Shown here in pieces: positions 19,405-29,932 of a stretch of 64,000 nt of DNA. The stretch's first letter is position 1, and every line of letters starts with the position of its first letter. The translations under genes were made by a program, and so were the position numbers. Source of the DNA: Candidatus Kerfeldbacteria bacterium (GTDB lineage Bacteria > Patescibacteriota > Patescibacteriia > UBA9570); NCBI GenBank assembly GCA_016182495.1, contig JACPGK010000022.1, positions 11,092 to 75,091 of the forward strand, read 5' to 3'. A model generated the notes under the pieces. It was not told where the DNA came from. It searched no databases and was given only the letters and a program-made list of their open reading frames with translations.

Positions 19405-21383
19405 GAAAAGTGCATCATGACAAGCACGCTGGTCACAATACTGCATCATTCCTGACTAAATTTTGGGTGGCATCAGTCATTACCATCCCGATCTTTTTTT
19501 ATTCCGAAATGGCCATAATGATTTTTAACATCCAGGCGCCGCAGTTTTTTGGATCCCAATACGTTTTCTTACTACTGGGGAGTTTGATCTTTTTTTATTG
19601 TGGTTGGATATTTCTTGTCAGCGCCTATCGTGAATTACGCGCCAAATTGCCCGGGATGATGACACTGATTGCCATTGCTATTTCAGCAGCTTATTTGTAC
19701 AGTCTTTTTTCGATCATATCTGGCCGCAACCATGATTTGTTATTCGAACTGTCGTCCTTAATTGCTATTATGTTGTTGGGTCATTGGATAGAGATGCGTT
19801 CGGTACAGGGTGCTCAAGGTGCCTTAAAAGAGTTAGCTAAGTTGCTACCTGATCACGCCGAAGTGATTCGTGGAGATAGAACGGAAATCATACCATTACG
19901 TGAACTCAAAGAGGGAGATATCGTATTAATCAAACCCGGAGCACAGGTCCCGGCTGATGGGAAAATCATCACAGGGCGTTCGGAACTGAACGAATCAGTG
20001 ATTACCGGCGAATCTAGACCAATTGAAAAATCTGTGGGCGCGCTCGTTATTGCTGGCTCCATTAACGGTGACGGTAGTTTGAAGGTAATGATAGAAAAAA
20101 TCGGAGAGCATACCTTTTTGGCTGGTGTGATGCGTCTAGTCGCTAACGCGCAAGCTTCAAAATCGCGGTTGCAAATATTATCGGATCGAGCCGCTTTTTA
20201 TTTGACGATTATTGCTCTCGTTACTGGTAGTATTACTTTCATTACTTGGTTGCTAGTGGGTGCTGGCATTGTTATCGCCACAGAACGATTGGTGGCAGTC
20301 TTGGTCATTGCTTGTCCACATGCTCTGGGTTTAGCCGTGCCATTAGTGGCTGCAATTTCAACCACTATGGCAGCTCGCAATGGTTTGTTGGTGAAAGAGC
20401 GTCGCGCCCTCGAAGCCGCCCGTACAATTGATACGATTTTGTTTGATAAAACCGGCACACTTACGCAAGGAGCCTTTGGGATTGCAGCCATTATACCTGA
20501 AAGTAATATTGAAGAAATTCAAGTATTGCGAACAGCGGCCTCGGTGAACAATCAATCAGAACATCCTTTAGCTAAAGCGATGGTTAAAGAAGCTAACAAA
20601 AGAAATATCACATTATTAACTGTGCAAGAGTTTAGTCGCGTCGCTGGCAAAGGTGCCAAAAGTATCATTGAAAATAATGAGGTGTATGTTGGTAACGATG
20701 AGTTTTTAAAAGAAAACAATATTACCGTTTCTGCTGACTATCAATCAAAAATAGATGCATCATCCAAAGAGGGTAAAACGGTCATTCATGTCATTGCCAA
20801 TAAAAAATTGCTCGGTAGTATTGCGCTGGCAGACATTATTCGCGAAGAATCCAGAACAGCCGTGCAAACCTTAAAACAGTTGGGTATCAAAACCGCTATG
20901 ATCACTGGCGATTCAGAAGACGTGGCAGCTTGGGTAGCCAAAGAACTTGGCCTAGATGAATATTTTTCGAAAGTGATGCCCGATCAAAAAGCCGAGAAAG
21001 TAAAATTATTACAGAGTCAAGGTCGTACAGTGGCAATGGTGGGAGACGGCGTGAACGATGCCCCAGCTCTAACGCAAGCTGATTTGGGCATTGCCATTGG
21101 TGCTGGTACTAATGTAGCCATCGAATCGGCTGGGATTATTTTGGTCAGAAATGATCCCCGTGATATTCCTAAGGTAATCAAGCTATCTCAATTAACGTAT
21201 CGTAAAATGATTCAGAATTTATTTTGGGCGACTAGCTACAATGTGGTGGCTATCCCGTTAGCTGCTGGTGTATTAGCGGCGCAGGGTATAATATTACAAC
21301 CAGCCATCGCCGCTGTGTTTATGAGTGTATCTACCGTTATTGTAGCGTTCAATGCTGTTGTACTGAAGCGAAAGCAACTATAA
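19401..21383 (+). CDS. P1B-type copper-exporting ATPase (CopB-like, CPH motif)
   Basis: TGES, ACPHALG, DKTGT, HP, GDGVNDAP; His-rich N-terminus. Confidence 0.92.
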   Translation: MRKVHHDKHAGHNTASFLTKFWVASVITIPIFFYSEMAIMIFNIQAPQFFGSQYVFLLLGSLIFFYCGWIFLVSAYRELRAKLPGMMTLIAIAISAAYLYSLFSIISGRNHDLLFELSSLIAIMLLGHWIEMRSVQGAQGALKELAKLLPDHAEVIRGDRTEIIPLRELKEGDIVLIKPGAQVPADGKIITGRSELNESVITGESRPIEKSVGALVIAGSINGDGSLKVMIEKIGEHTFLAGVMRLVANAQASKSRLQILSDRAAFYLTIIALVTGSITFITWLLVGAGIVIATERLVAVLVIACPHALGLAVPLVAAISTTMAARNGLLVKERRALEAARTIDTILFDKTGTLTQGAFGIAAIIPESNIEEIQVLRTAASVNNQSEHPLAKAMVKEANKRNITLLTVQEFSRVAGKGAKSIIENNEVYVGNDEFLKENNITVSADYQSKIDASSKEGKTVIHVIANKKLLGSIALADIIREESRTAVQTLKQLGIKTAMITGDSEDVAAWVAKELGLDEYFSKVMPDQKAEKVKLLQSQGRTVAMVGDGVNDAPALTQADLGIAIGAGTNVAIESAGIILVRNDPRDIPKVIKLSQLTYRKMIQNLFWATSYNVVAIPLAAGVLAAQGIILQPAIAAVFMSVSTVIVAFNAVVLKRKQL

Positions 21384-21395
21384 GGTCGTAAAAAA

Positions 21396-22502
21396 ATGAA
21401 AATTTCTCTTGCCCAAAAGAATTTATTTCACGAACCGGCTCGATTACTCATTAGCGTGAGTGGTGTTACCTTTGCAGTATTTCTCATTATGATTTTACTG
21501 GGGCTATATCGTGGTTGGTCAGAAACATTATCGGAATACATCCATAACGTAGATGCCCAGGTGTGGGTAATGCAGCAAGGTTCAATTGATATGTCCCATT
21601 CGATTTCATTATTACCAAACCAAACGGCTGATCAATTAAAACAAATCAAAGGGGTTGAAGCTGTTCATTATCTCATTGGCAATCGTATTGTTATTACACT
21701 ACACGACGATGAGGTTTCTACTCGGGTGATTGGTTTTGATACCACTGATCAAATTGGTAAGCCTGTCAGTATTGTGGCAGGCGAAGCCATTCCAGCCGAA
21801 GGCGAAATTGTAATTGATCAATTGGTGCATGATAATCATGACGTCAATATTGGTGATACGATTGATCTGAATAGCACACCATTTACAGTAATTGGAATTA
21901 GTGCTGGAGGGCCGTTATTTCAACAATCCTATATTCGGATTGAAGACGCCCGGGCGTTGTTTCACATGGAAGACGTTTCTAATTTTTTTGTGGTATCTAT
22001 TGCAGAAGAACAAACCACCACTACCGTGATGAACAGAATCGAAGATACTATTCCCGGTGTCGATGCTCAAACTGAAGCTGAATTTGCGGAAAATAATGAA
22101 CGAGAAATTATGGATAAATTTTTGCCGATTATACTAGTGTTGGTGTGTATTGGGTTTATTGTTGGCGTAGTGATTATTAGTTTGACGATTTATACAGCCA
22201 CCATTGAAAAAATACGTGAATACGGAGTGTTAAAAGCCATTGGAGCACCTAATTTCTATTTGTATCGCGTGGTGTTAACGCAATCAAGCATCGCCGGTGG
22301 TATTGGATTTATCCTGGGTACCGGGCTGACGTATTTTGGGAGCGATGTCATTAAAAAATTTGAACCATTATTTGTCACCTTAGTGAAATGGCAAGATGTA
22401 GTAGTAGTTGCCGGTATGACATTGGCGATGATTATATTGGCAGCCTATATTCCATTACGTCGGATGATAAAAATTGACCCGGCCATTGTGTTTAAGGCCT
22501 AA
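21396..22502 (+). CDS. ABC transporter permease (MacB/FtsX-like)
   Basis: 4-TM topology with large external loop, REYGVLKAIGA, IDPAIVFK. Confidence 0.88.
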   Translation: MKISLAQKNLFHEPARLLISVSGVTFAVFLIMILLGLYRGWSETLSEYIHNVDAQVWVMQQGSIDMSHSISLLPNQTADQLKQIKGVEAVHYLIGNRIVITLHDDEVSTRVIGFDTTDQIGKPVSIVAGEAIPAEGEIVIDQLVHDNHDVNIGDTIDLNSTPFTVIGISAGGPLFQQSYIRIEDARALFHMEDVSNFFVVSIAEEQTTTTVMNRIEDTIPGVDAQTEAEFAENNEREIMDKFLPIILVLVCIGFIVGVVIISLTIYTATIEKIREYGVLKAIGAPNFYLYRVVLTQSSIAGGIGFILGTGLTYFGSDVIKKFEPLFVTLVKWQDVVVVAGMTLAMIILAAYIPLRRMIKIDPAIVFKA

Positions 22503-22506
22503 TGGT

Positions 22507-23376
22507 ATGAATATCCTAACCGTTATTAATTTAAAAAAAGTGTTTGGTAAAGGGGATACTAAGGTGACTGCGATCAATGATGTTTCTTTCAGTGTCGGCC
22601 AAGGCGAAATTGTATTAATTATGGGACCATCAGGTTCAGGTAAGACCACGTTATTAAGCATGATGGGAGGCTTACTAACCCCAACAGCGGGGGATATCAC
22701 TATTAATGAGGTAAACATTACACAAGCCAAACGGCGAGCCGTGCCACGCATTCGTTTATATGAAATTGGATTTGTCTTTCAATCCTTTAACATTTTGCAA
22801 AACCTTACGGCGCTTGAAAATGTACAAATCGTTGGAGAGTTAGCCGGTATGCCATCGTATCAAGCTAAAGAACGTGCCATGGAGTTGTTAACTAAACTCC
22901 ATATGGAGCCACGCTGGCATTATCTGCCAGTCAAGTTATCGGGTGGTCAACAACAGCGAGTAGCCATTGCTCGTGCCATAATGAATAATCCAAAACTGGT
23001 GTTAGCTGACGAACCGACTGGAAATTTAGATTCTAAGTCAGGACACGAAGTAATGATGCTGTTTCATAATATCGCTAAAGCCGATCACAAAACGGTGGTG
23101 ATTGTATCCCATGATGAGCGCATTAAAGATATTGCTGATCGGGTGCTATGGATCGAGGATGGTAAAGTTAGTACGGCTCCGCCTGAACCAGAAGTAACTG
23201 TTAAAGATCTTGTGTGTGGTATGAAAGTCGATGCCAAATATTCTCCGTTCTCTACTACTATCGAAGGTAAAAATTATACATTTTGTTCTGAAGATTGTAA
23301 AATTAAGTTTGTTGAGCATCCGTATCAGTATGTGCCGACCTTGCATTCAAGTGGTCTAGACAAAATTACTGGTTAG
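22507..23376 (+). CDS. ABC transporter ATPase with C-terminal YHS/TRASH domain
   Basis: GPSGSGKTT, LSGGQQQR, ADEPTG; KDLVCGMKV...YTFCSEDCKIKF. Confidence 0.9.
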   Translation: MNILTVINLKKVFGKGDTKVTAINDVSFSVGQGEIVLIMGPSGSGKTTLLSMMGGLLTPTAGDITINEVNITQAKRRAVPRIRLYEIGFVFQSFNILQNLTALENVQIVGELAGMPSYQAKERAMELLTKLHMEPRWHYLPVKLSGGQQQRVAIARAIMNNPKLVLADEPTGNLDSKSGHEVMMLFHNIAKADHKTVVIVSHDERIKDIADRVLWIEDGKVSTAPPEPEVTVKDLVCGMKVDAKYSPFSTTIEGKNYTFCSEDCKIKFVEHPYQYVPTLHSSGLDKITG

Positions 23377-23407
23377 GTGTACTCTTACTACAGAACATAG
23401 TAGATCT

Positions 23408-23803
23408 ATGACCTACCAACTATTTTCCAAACGCGCCATCCAGATAATCGTAATACTCATGCTCGTATTATTTGCTTGGGTTGCTTATCATCAATTGATG
23501 AGCACCATGTCGATGGATTCGGGCGATTGTATAACATTCTGTTTTATTGCTACAAAAATCGATATCAATCATTTAACCCAGTCGCTGTATTATTCTTTTG
23601 TAGACACAATAAAAACCTTACTAGCAATGAGTGCCTTGGCATATATTGCTTTATATTATGCACGATATCATTGGTCCATCATTCATCCACTGGTGCAACG
23701 GTTAAAGCGGTATTACCATCAACAGCGTTGGAAATTCAAACTATTTCCGCTTTGGTCAAGCCTCTATCAACAAGGTATCATTGCACCGCAAATCTATTCT
23801 TAG
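23408..23803 (+). CDS. small membrane protein with Met/Cys-rich segment
   Basis: TM, MSTMSMDSGDCITFC, second hydrophobic segment; upstream of copper genes. Confidence 0.6.
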   Translation: MTYQLFSKRAIQIIVILMLVLFAWVAYHQLMSTMSMDSGDCITFCFIATKIDINHLTQSLYYSFVDTIKTLLAMSALAYIALYYARYHWSIIHPLVQRLKRYYHQQRWKFKLFPLWSSLYQQGIIAPQIYS

Positions 23804-23860
23804 GAAGGCAGTCGTTTTTTGTATCGGCTCTATTTAGTTTCCTAAGAGAAAAATGTATTT

Positions 23861-25225
23861 ATGACAGAACAATCTTTAACCCACGATCGTATTCGTATTC
23901 GAGGAATGACCTGTACCAGTTGTGAGGTCATCATTGAACGTAAATTAAAACAATTACCTGGAGTCAAGCGAGTAACGGTGAACCATGCAACTGGCTGGTG
24001 CAAGATCGAACACGATTCAACCGTACCACTATATTTGAGCGATATCAGAACCGCTCTTCAGGAGCATGGCTATCAGTTATGGTCTGAATCGGCCACAAAT
24101 AACCAACAAAAACAACAGCATCATTGGCGAGAATTCGGTGTAGTTCTCTTGATACTCTTCGTGGTCTATAAAGTACTCCAAGTTTTTGGTGTCTTTTCTC
24201 TGTCGGCGAATGTTGATGCCTCAATTAATTTAGGAGCTATCTTTGTGATCGGATTGGTGGCGGCTGTTTCAACCTGCACCGCTTTGGTGAGTGGTTTAAT
24301 ATTAAGTGTTGCTGCCAAATATAATGAAACTCATCAAGCCACTACCAAGTGGCAGCGGCTTAAACCACATCTGTTGTTTAATCTGGGTCGTTTAGTCTCG
24401 TATTTTGTTTTAGGTGGTATCATTGGGCTGATTGGTCAAGCTATTACTCCATCAACTCGCTTCACTGGCATCCTGACCATTCTTATCTCTATGGTCATGA
24501 TTCTGTTGGGTATCGATATCTTGAAATTGTTTCAAGGCAAGCGGTTTATTCCTAAAATGCCCAAGTGGTTCAGTCAAAAAATGTATCAACTAGCCGAAAG
24601 TGATCGGCCATGGGTGCCATTGATGCTAGGTGGCTTGACCTTTTTTTTGCCATGTGGGTTTACACAATCGATGCAATTGTATGCTTTAACAACCGGCAGT
24701 TTTTGGCAAGGTGGTTTGACCATGGTTGTTTTTGCTCTGGGTACACTGCCGGCTTTATTAGGCGTTGGCATGTTGGCAAGTTTCGCCAAAGGAAACTTTG
24801 CCCGTTACTTTATGAAGTTTTCCGGGGCCATGGTACTAGTGCTAGGATTGTATAACTTCAATAACGGCTTAGCCTTAGCAGATATTCAACCGGCCAATTG
24901 GTTCAGTTCTGGTGCCAGTGTGTCTGACGGTGCCGCTAGTGTTACCATCACGGGCGACAAACAAGTGGTTAGTATGGCAGTTGAAGGCATATCATATTCA
25001 CCGGCTACCATTACCATCAAACAAGGTGTGCCAGTAGAATGGCATATTGATGGATCCAATGCCCAAGGCTGTGCTCAAATCATTACTATTCCTAGTTTAG
25101 GCATTACCAAACAATTATCGGCCACGACTGATAATGTTATTACGTTTACACCAACGCAAACCGGTCGGATCAATTTTTCTTGCACCATGGGCATGGCCCG
25201 AGGAAGTTTTATCGTCGCCTCTTAA
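23861..25225 (+). CDS. HMA + DsbD_2/TauE-like membrane domain + cupredoxin fusion
   Basis: GMTCTSC; STC...GG-type TM Cys and FFLPCGFTQ; C-terminal FSCTMGM. Confidence 0.85.
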   Translation: MTEQSLTHDRIRIRGMTCTSCEVIIERKLKQLPGVKRVTVNHATGWCKIEHDSTVPLYLSDIRTALQEHGYQLWSESATNNQQKQQHHWREFGVVLLILFVVYKVLQVFGVFSLSANVDASINLGAIFVIGLVAAVSTCTALVSGLILSVAAKYNETHQATTKWQRLKPHLLFNLGRLVSYFVLGGIIGLIGQAITPSTRFTGILTILISMVMILLGIDILKLFQGKRFIPKMPKWFSQKMYQLAESDRPWVPLMLGGLTFFLPCGFTQSMQLYALTTGSFWQGGLTMVVFALGTLPALLGVGMLASFAKGNFARYFMKFSGAMVLVLGLYNFNNGLALADIQPANWFSSGASVSDGAASVTITGDKQVVSMAVEGISYSPATITIKQGVPVEWHIDGSNAQGCAQIITIPSLGITKQLSATTDNVITFTPTQTGRINFSCTMGMARGSFIVAS

Positions 25226-25244
25226 TTGATTAATCAATACTGAT

Positions 25245-25484
25245 ATGAAACAGTTATATACGTTCATGATTAACGGTATGACCTGCCATGCCTGTGAAAA
25301 ATTAATTACCATGGATTTAGCCGAGGCTGGCTATGCCACAAAATCTATTAATCATCAGTCGGGTGAGCTAACGATTGAAATTGAACCGGTCGACGTTGAT
25401 CGCGTCAAACAAGCCATTCAACAGAGTAAAACCTATATCGTCACTGATGCGTACACTGTTACCGACGTTAAGCTTGCTCACTAA
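25245..25484 (+). CDS. CopZ-like heavy-metal chaperone
   Basis: GMTCHAC single HMA domain, 79 aa. Confidence 0.8.
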   Translation: MKQLYTFMINGMTCHACEKLITMDLAEAGYATKSINHQSGELTIEIEPVDVDRVKQAIQQSKTYIVTDAYTVTDVKLAH

Positions 25485-25494
25485 ATATACTTCT

Positions 25495-28197
25495 ATGTTC
25501 ACAACAATTACTCTTCAGGTTAAGGGAATGACTTGTCAGTCTTGCGAAAAAATCATCACGGCAGAATGTGAGGAGTTGCCTGGTATTCAAGATATAGCCG
25601 TTGATCACACTACTGGTGTATTCACTGCTTTGATTGATGATACCCAGACAAATGTGCCAGCTGTACAAGCGGCTATTGCCAAAGCCGGGTACGAATCTAT
25701 CGTTGTATCACAAACAGCTCTTGTAGATGCCAATGTCACTAACGACGTTGCATATCAAACAAACAAGCCATTTCAAGCCGGAGTCGAAACCACTATAGTT
25801 GCTCCTGTTAGCACAACTAAGCGAGTTAACTTGTCACTGTTTGGGATGCACTGTGCTTCGTGTGCCAATATTATTGAGCGCTCGGTCAAGAAGGTACCCG
25901 GTGTCCAGCAGGCTAGTGTGAACTTTGCCGCCGAGAAAGCCTTAGTTACCTATGATGAAGCTGCTACTAATGTTCAACAACTCATAGCAGCAGTTGAACA
26001 GGCTGGGTATACAGCCCAGGAAGTGAACCCCAAAGACACTGAATTTGAAACGCGCAAACGTCAACAAGAAATTCAAAGGTATTGGAAAAAGTTTTTAATC
26101 AGCATGATATTGAGTTTGCCGATGGTGTATTTTATGCTGTTTGATTTTTTTGACTGGATGCCAGGTGCCACGCAGCTATTGCCCTATGTTGGAGTAGCGT
26201 CACTGTTACTTACTACACCGGTGCAGCTTATTATTGGCGCGGGATTCTATAAGGGGGCGTGGGCGGCGTTACGCATGAAAACGTTTAACATGGATAGTTT
26301 GATTGCCATTGGCACCTCGACGGCGTATCTATATAGTATAGTGAATTTTATTCTCTATGCCGTCAATAATCAGTCATTATTTGGGCTGAATGGCGTCAAA
26401 ATTCCAGAGTTGTATTTTGAAACCGCTGCCTTTTTAATCACCTTTGTGATTTTAGGCAAGTGGCTGGAAACGCGCACCAAAGGCAGAACATCGGATGCCA
26501 TTCGTAAATTAATGGGTCTGCAAGCCACCACCGCCCGAGTGGTGCGTGATGGCATTACCCAGGATATTCCCATTGCCGATGTGGTGCTGGGCGACCATGT
26601 CATTATTCGACCAGGTGAAAAAGTACCAGTGGATGGCAAAATAGTCACTGGGTCATCAGCGGTGGATGAGTCGATGATTACTGGCGAGAGTTTGCCAATT
26701 GAGAAACAAATGGGTGATGCCGTGATTGGCGGCACGATTAATAAAACCGGTAGCTTTGAATGTGAGGTGACTAAAGTTGGCAGCGCTACGGCCTTAGCCC
26801 AAATTATTCGTTTAATTGAAGAAGCCCAAGGTTCAAAAGCACCCATTCAAAATTTCGCCGATCGCATTTCAGCGCGATTTGTTCCCATTGTCATTGGTAT
26901 TGCTATCGTGACATTTTTGGTGTGGTATTTGTTATTGGGTGCTAGCTTAACTTTTGCATTAATGGCGTTTACGGCCGTAATTGTGATTGCTTGTCCTTGT
27001 GCATTGGGGTTAGCTACACCCACGGCTTTAATGGTTGGTACTGGTCAAGGCGCCGAACACGGTATTCTCATTAAAGGTGGGGAACCGTTGGAAGCGGCTT
27101 GTAGCATTACCACAGTCGTTTTTGACAAAACTGGCACCCTTACAAAAGGTAAACCGCAGGTCACAGAAGTGATCAGTACAGGGCTGATGGATGACAGTGA
27201 AATTTTAGCGATTACGGCCAGTGTAGAAAAATTATCGGAACATCCCTTAGCCGAAGCTATTTACAGTTACGCCCAAGAAGAAGCGGTTGTTCTAAAAAAT
27301 GTAGAACAGTTTCAGGCTATACCCGGACACGGTGTAGCAGGTACTATTGATGGAACAGGGTATTTTTTTGGCAATCGTAAATTAATCACTGAACGCCTAG
27401 GCTTATCCATTGATAAAGTGCAACGTAAATTAGTACGTTTAGAAGAACAAGGTAAAACTGCCATGATGTTAGCGACAGCGCATGAATTACTTGGTATTGT
27501 TGCCGTGGCCGATACGGTTAAAGAAACATCTCGTGACGCCATTACTCAATTGCAAAAAATGGGTATTGAAACGTACATGATTACGGGAGATAATCAACGT
27601 ACCGCTCAAGCCATTGCTCAACAGGTGGGTATTACTAACATTCTCGCGGAGGTGTTACCGGAACACAAGGCTAATGAAGTAAAAAAGTTGCAACAAGCGG
27701 GTAAGCGCGTAGCGATGGTGGGTGATGGTATTAATGATGCTCCAGCGCTAGCCCAAGCTAATTTAGGTATTGCCATGGGCTCTGGCACCGACGTAGCGAT
27801 GGAAACAGGCGGAATTATTTTGATGAAGAGCGATTTGAATGATGTGGTGACGGCTTTTCAACTAGCCAAAGAAACCATGGGTAAAATTAAACAGAATCTA
27901 TTCTTTGCCCTGTTCTATAATGTGATTGGCATTCCAATTGCGGCCAGAGTTTTTGCTGGGGTTGGTTTAGTACTAAAACCAGAATTAGCCGGTTTGGCCA
28001 TGGCTTTTAGTTCAATTTCGGTGGTCGGCAATGCCTTGTTACTACGCTGGTTCAAACCAAAGCAGAAAAATTATATATCCATGATTGCACCGCTGATCTT
28101 AGCGTTGGTGTTTACTGGAGTCTTTATAGAATTTGCCCGATTAAGCAGTGGTATGGAAGATGAATCGGTCAATCAGAGTCTATCAGTTGCACAATAG
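25495..28197 (+). CDS. copA: Cu(I)-translocating P1B-1 ATPase with two HMA domains
   Basis: [35 protein letters not shown] and MAFSS motifs; ATG at 25495. Confidence 0.93.
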   Translation: MFTTITLQVKGMTCQSCEKIITAECEELPGIQDIAVDHTTGVFTALIDDTQTNVPAVQAAIAKAGYESIVVSQTALVDANVTNDVAYQTNKPFQAGVETTIVAPVSTTKRVNLSLFGMHCASCANIIERSVKKVPGVQQASVNFAAEKALVTYDEAATNVQQLIAAVEQAGYTAQEVNPKDTEFETRKRQQEIQRYWKKFLISMILSLPMVYFMLFDFFDWMPGATQLLPYVGVASLLLTTPVQLIIGAGFYKGAWAALRMKTFNMDSLIAIGTSTAYLYSIVNFILYAVNNQSLFGLNGVKIPELYFETAAFLITFVILGKWLETRTKGRTSDAIRKLMGLQATTARVVRDGITQDIPIADVVLGDHVIIRPGEKVPVDGKIVTGSSAVDESMITGESLPIEKQMGDAVIGGTINKTGSFECEVTKVGSATALAQIIRLIEEAQGSKAPIQNFADRISARFVPIVIGIAIVTFLVWYLLLGASLTFALMAFTAVIVIACPCALGLATPTALMVGTGQGAEHGILIKGGEPLEAACSITTVVFDKTGTLTKGKPQVTEVISTGLMDDSEILAITASVEKLSEHPLAEAIYSYAQEEAVVLKNVEQFQAIPGHGVAGTIDGTGYFFGNRKLITERLGLSIDKVQRKLVRLEEQGKTAMMLATAHELLGIVAVADTVKETSRDAITQLQKMGIETYMITGDNQRTAQAIAQQVGITNILAEVLPEHKANEVKKLQQAGKRVAMVGDGINDAPALAQANLGIAMGSGTDVAMETGGIILMKSDLNDVVTAFQLAKETMGKIKQNLFFALFYNVIGIPIAARVFAGVGLVLKPELAGLAMAFSSISVVGNALLLRWFKPKQKNYISMIAPLILALVFTGVFIEFARLSSGMEDESVNQSLSVAQ

Positions 28198-28215
28198 CAA
28201 GGCGAGTGGTAACAT

Positions 28216-29016
28216 ATGATTATGGTAGTTTTTTTACTGGCTTTAACCTTAGCAACTGTTCAGGCCGATGCCACCATCGTGGCTAGTCCTGCTTCAACCA
28301 GCCTAACCAAAGTCACTGGTGTAGCGGTAACTGACATCACTACCACCACTGCCGAAATCACCTGGAAAAAACAAGCAACGGCTTTGCAGTATCAAGTGCG
28401 AGTACGAGCTGGTGACGATACTGTTGTGAAAAAGAAAAAAACAGAGCGACGACGATTGACTGTGAGCGAGCTTGAACCAAACACAACCTATACTGTGCAA
28501 GTGCGAGCTATGCGCAAAGCCAAGACCGGGGCATGGTCAAAGGCCATTGCATTTACCACAGTAGCTGAAGAGACAACCTTGTACGATGAGTATAAAGCGG
28601 TGGCTGGTACATCCACTGGTCAGTGGCAGAATTTAACCTATGGTACCAGTGGTGATGCTACCACAGTGGTGGAGATCGATCCGGATGGCCGCGCCGCCTT
28701 TACCCTCGATTTAGGCGGCCTCGTTTTTGAGTTGATTGATCCCGATCCAAAAACTTACGAATCTACCTACGATGAAACGGGTGTAGTATTTACGGCCGAA
28801 GATGATGATCTATTCGGTGATGTGACTATTACGATCGTTGCGAACGGCAACGATACCGCTCAAATTACCTTTACCGGGCTTGATGTTCCCGTGGCTGGCA
28901 TTAGTTCCATTGCCGCCGAGGGTACCTTGTATGACGATGCCGTTGATTTGGATTATACCATTACCTTTACAGATAGTTTAACAGCGGCCGGAGTGATGAA
29001 CCTGACAAAACTGTGA
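28216..29016 (+). CDS. secreted fibronectin type III domain protein
   Basis: Signal peptide; ITW, YQVRV, LEPNTTYTVQVRA, GAWS. Confidence 0.8.
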   Translation: MIMVVFLLALTLATVQADATIVASPASTSLTKVTGVAVTDITTTTAEITWKKQATALQYQVRVRAGDDTVVKKKKTERRRLTVSELEPNTTYTVQVRAMRKAKTGAWSKAIAFTTVAEETTLYDEYKAVAGTSTGQWQNLTYGTSGDATTVVEIDPDGRAAFTLDLGGLVFELIDPDPKTYESTYDETGVVFTAEDDDLFGDVTITIVANGNDTAQITFTGLDVPVAGISSIAAEGTLYDDAVDLDYTITFTDSLTAAGVMNLTKL

Positions 29017-29666
29017 TGCAAACAAAATTTTTATTAGCTGGTCCACTCGCTGCCAGCTTAACTATGTTATTATTGTTTACCGGTGCCAGTTGTATACCAG
29101 TCGAGCCGACTGTTACTACTAATTCAACCACAAATGTAATCACCACACCAAAGGTCACTCAACCAACTTGGAGTACGTTTACCAGCCCACTAATGCACTA
29201 CACTATTGAGTATCCAGCTACTTGGAACACTTGGTCTGGTTCAGATTCGTTTACAGATATGCAGGAGGCTGAATCTGATGCTGATTACTTTAGTATTTTA
29301 CCACCTGAAGATTCATTCACCATTGCGCCGGATCAAATTTTTATTGTTATCGATTTAGATACCAAACAGCCTCTGGTGCCAGGTGAAACTGCTATTGAAT
29401 CTTTCAACGATGTCATAGCCGCAAATTCAAAGGGAGAAAATGTTTCCAATGTTCAAGCCCTGGTAGTTGATGGAAACCTTCCTGCTGTTCAACAAGTCGA
29501 ACAAGATCCAGATGATACTATTGGCGAGTACGGTTATAAGGTCGTTACCTATGTCGATGCTGGTACCAGTGTCTATACAATTCATGTGACCGCCGCTTCG
29601 GCTGCAGATTATGCACGGTATACGGACATTATTCAAAGGATGATTGCATCGTTTGATCGGCAATAA
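29013..29666 (+). CDS. putative lipoprotein (PsbP-like fold possible)
   Basis: Lipobox-like TGASC, Thr-rich linker, YTIEYPATW, MIASF end. Confidence 0.65.
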   Translation: MMQTKFLLAGPLAASLTMLLLFTGASCIPVEPTVTTNSTTNVITTPKVTQPTWSTFTSPLMHYTIEYPATWNTWSGSDSFTDMQEAESDADYFSILPPEDSFTIAPDQIFIVIDLDTKQPLVPGETAIESFNDVIAANSKGENVSNVQALVVDGNLPAVQQVEQDPDDTIGEYGYKVVTYVDAGTSVYTIHVTAASAADYARYTDIIQRMIASFDRQ

Positions 29667-29722
29667 CCTAGCGTGTGCAACGGCAATTTCAGTGGTAAAT
29701 TAAATTATGCTATACTATACGT

Positions 29723-29845
29723 ATGAAAAAATTACTACATGATCAATCAGGTATGAGTCTAGCTACCATGATTGCTTTAGGTTTTGGGGTAGCGGTGCTG
29801 ATTGTATTTGTTATCGGGTTGATTACCTATTTAGTAAAAAGTTAG
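29723..29845 (+). CDS. 40-aa membrane peptide with prepilin-like leader (absent from ORF track)
   Basis: MKKLLHDQSG|MSLATMIALGFGVAVLIVFVIGLITYLVKS; extended -10 TGCTATACT at 29708. Confidence 0.55.
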   Translation: MKKLLHDQSGMSLATMIALGFGVAVLIVFVIGLITYLVKS

Positions 29846-29932
29846 TTGTTCGACGGCGCTAAGAATTTGACATAACCGAATTTTTTTGGTAGTATTATAT
29901 GTAAATAAAATAAAAAAGGAAAAATTAAAATC

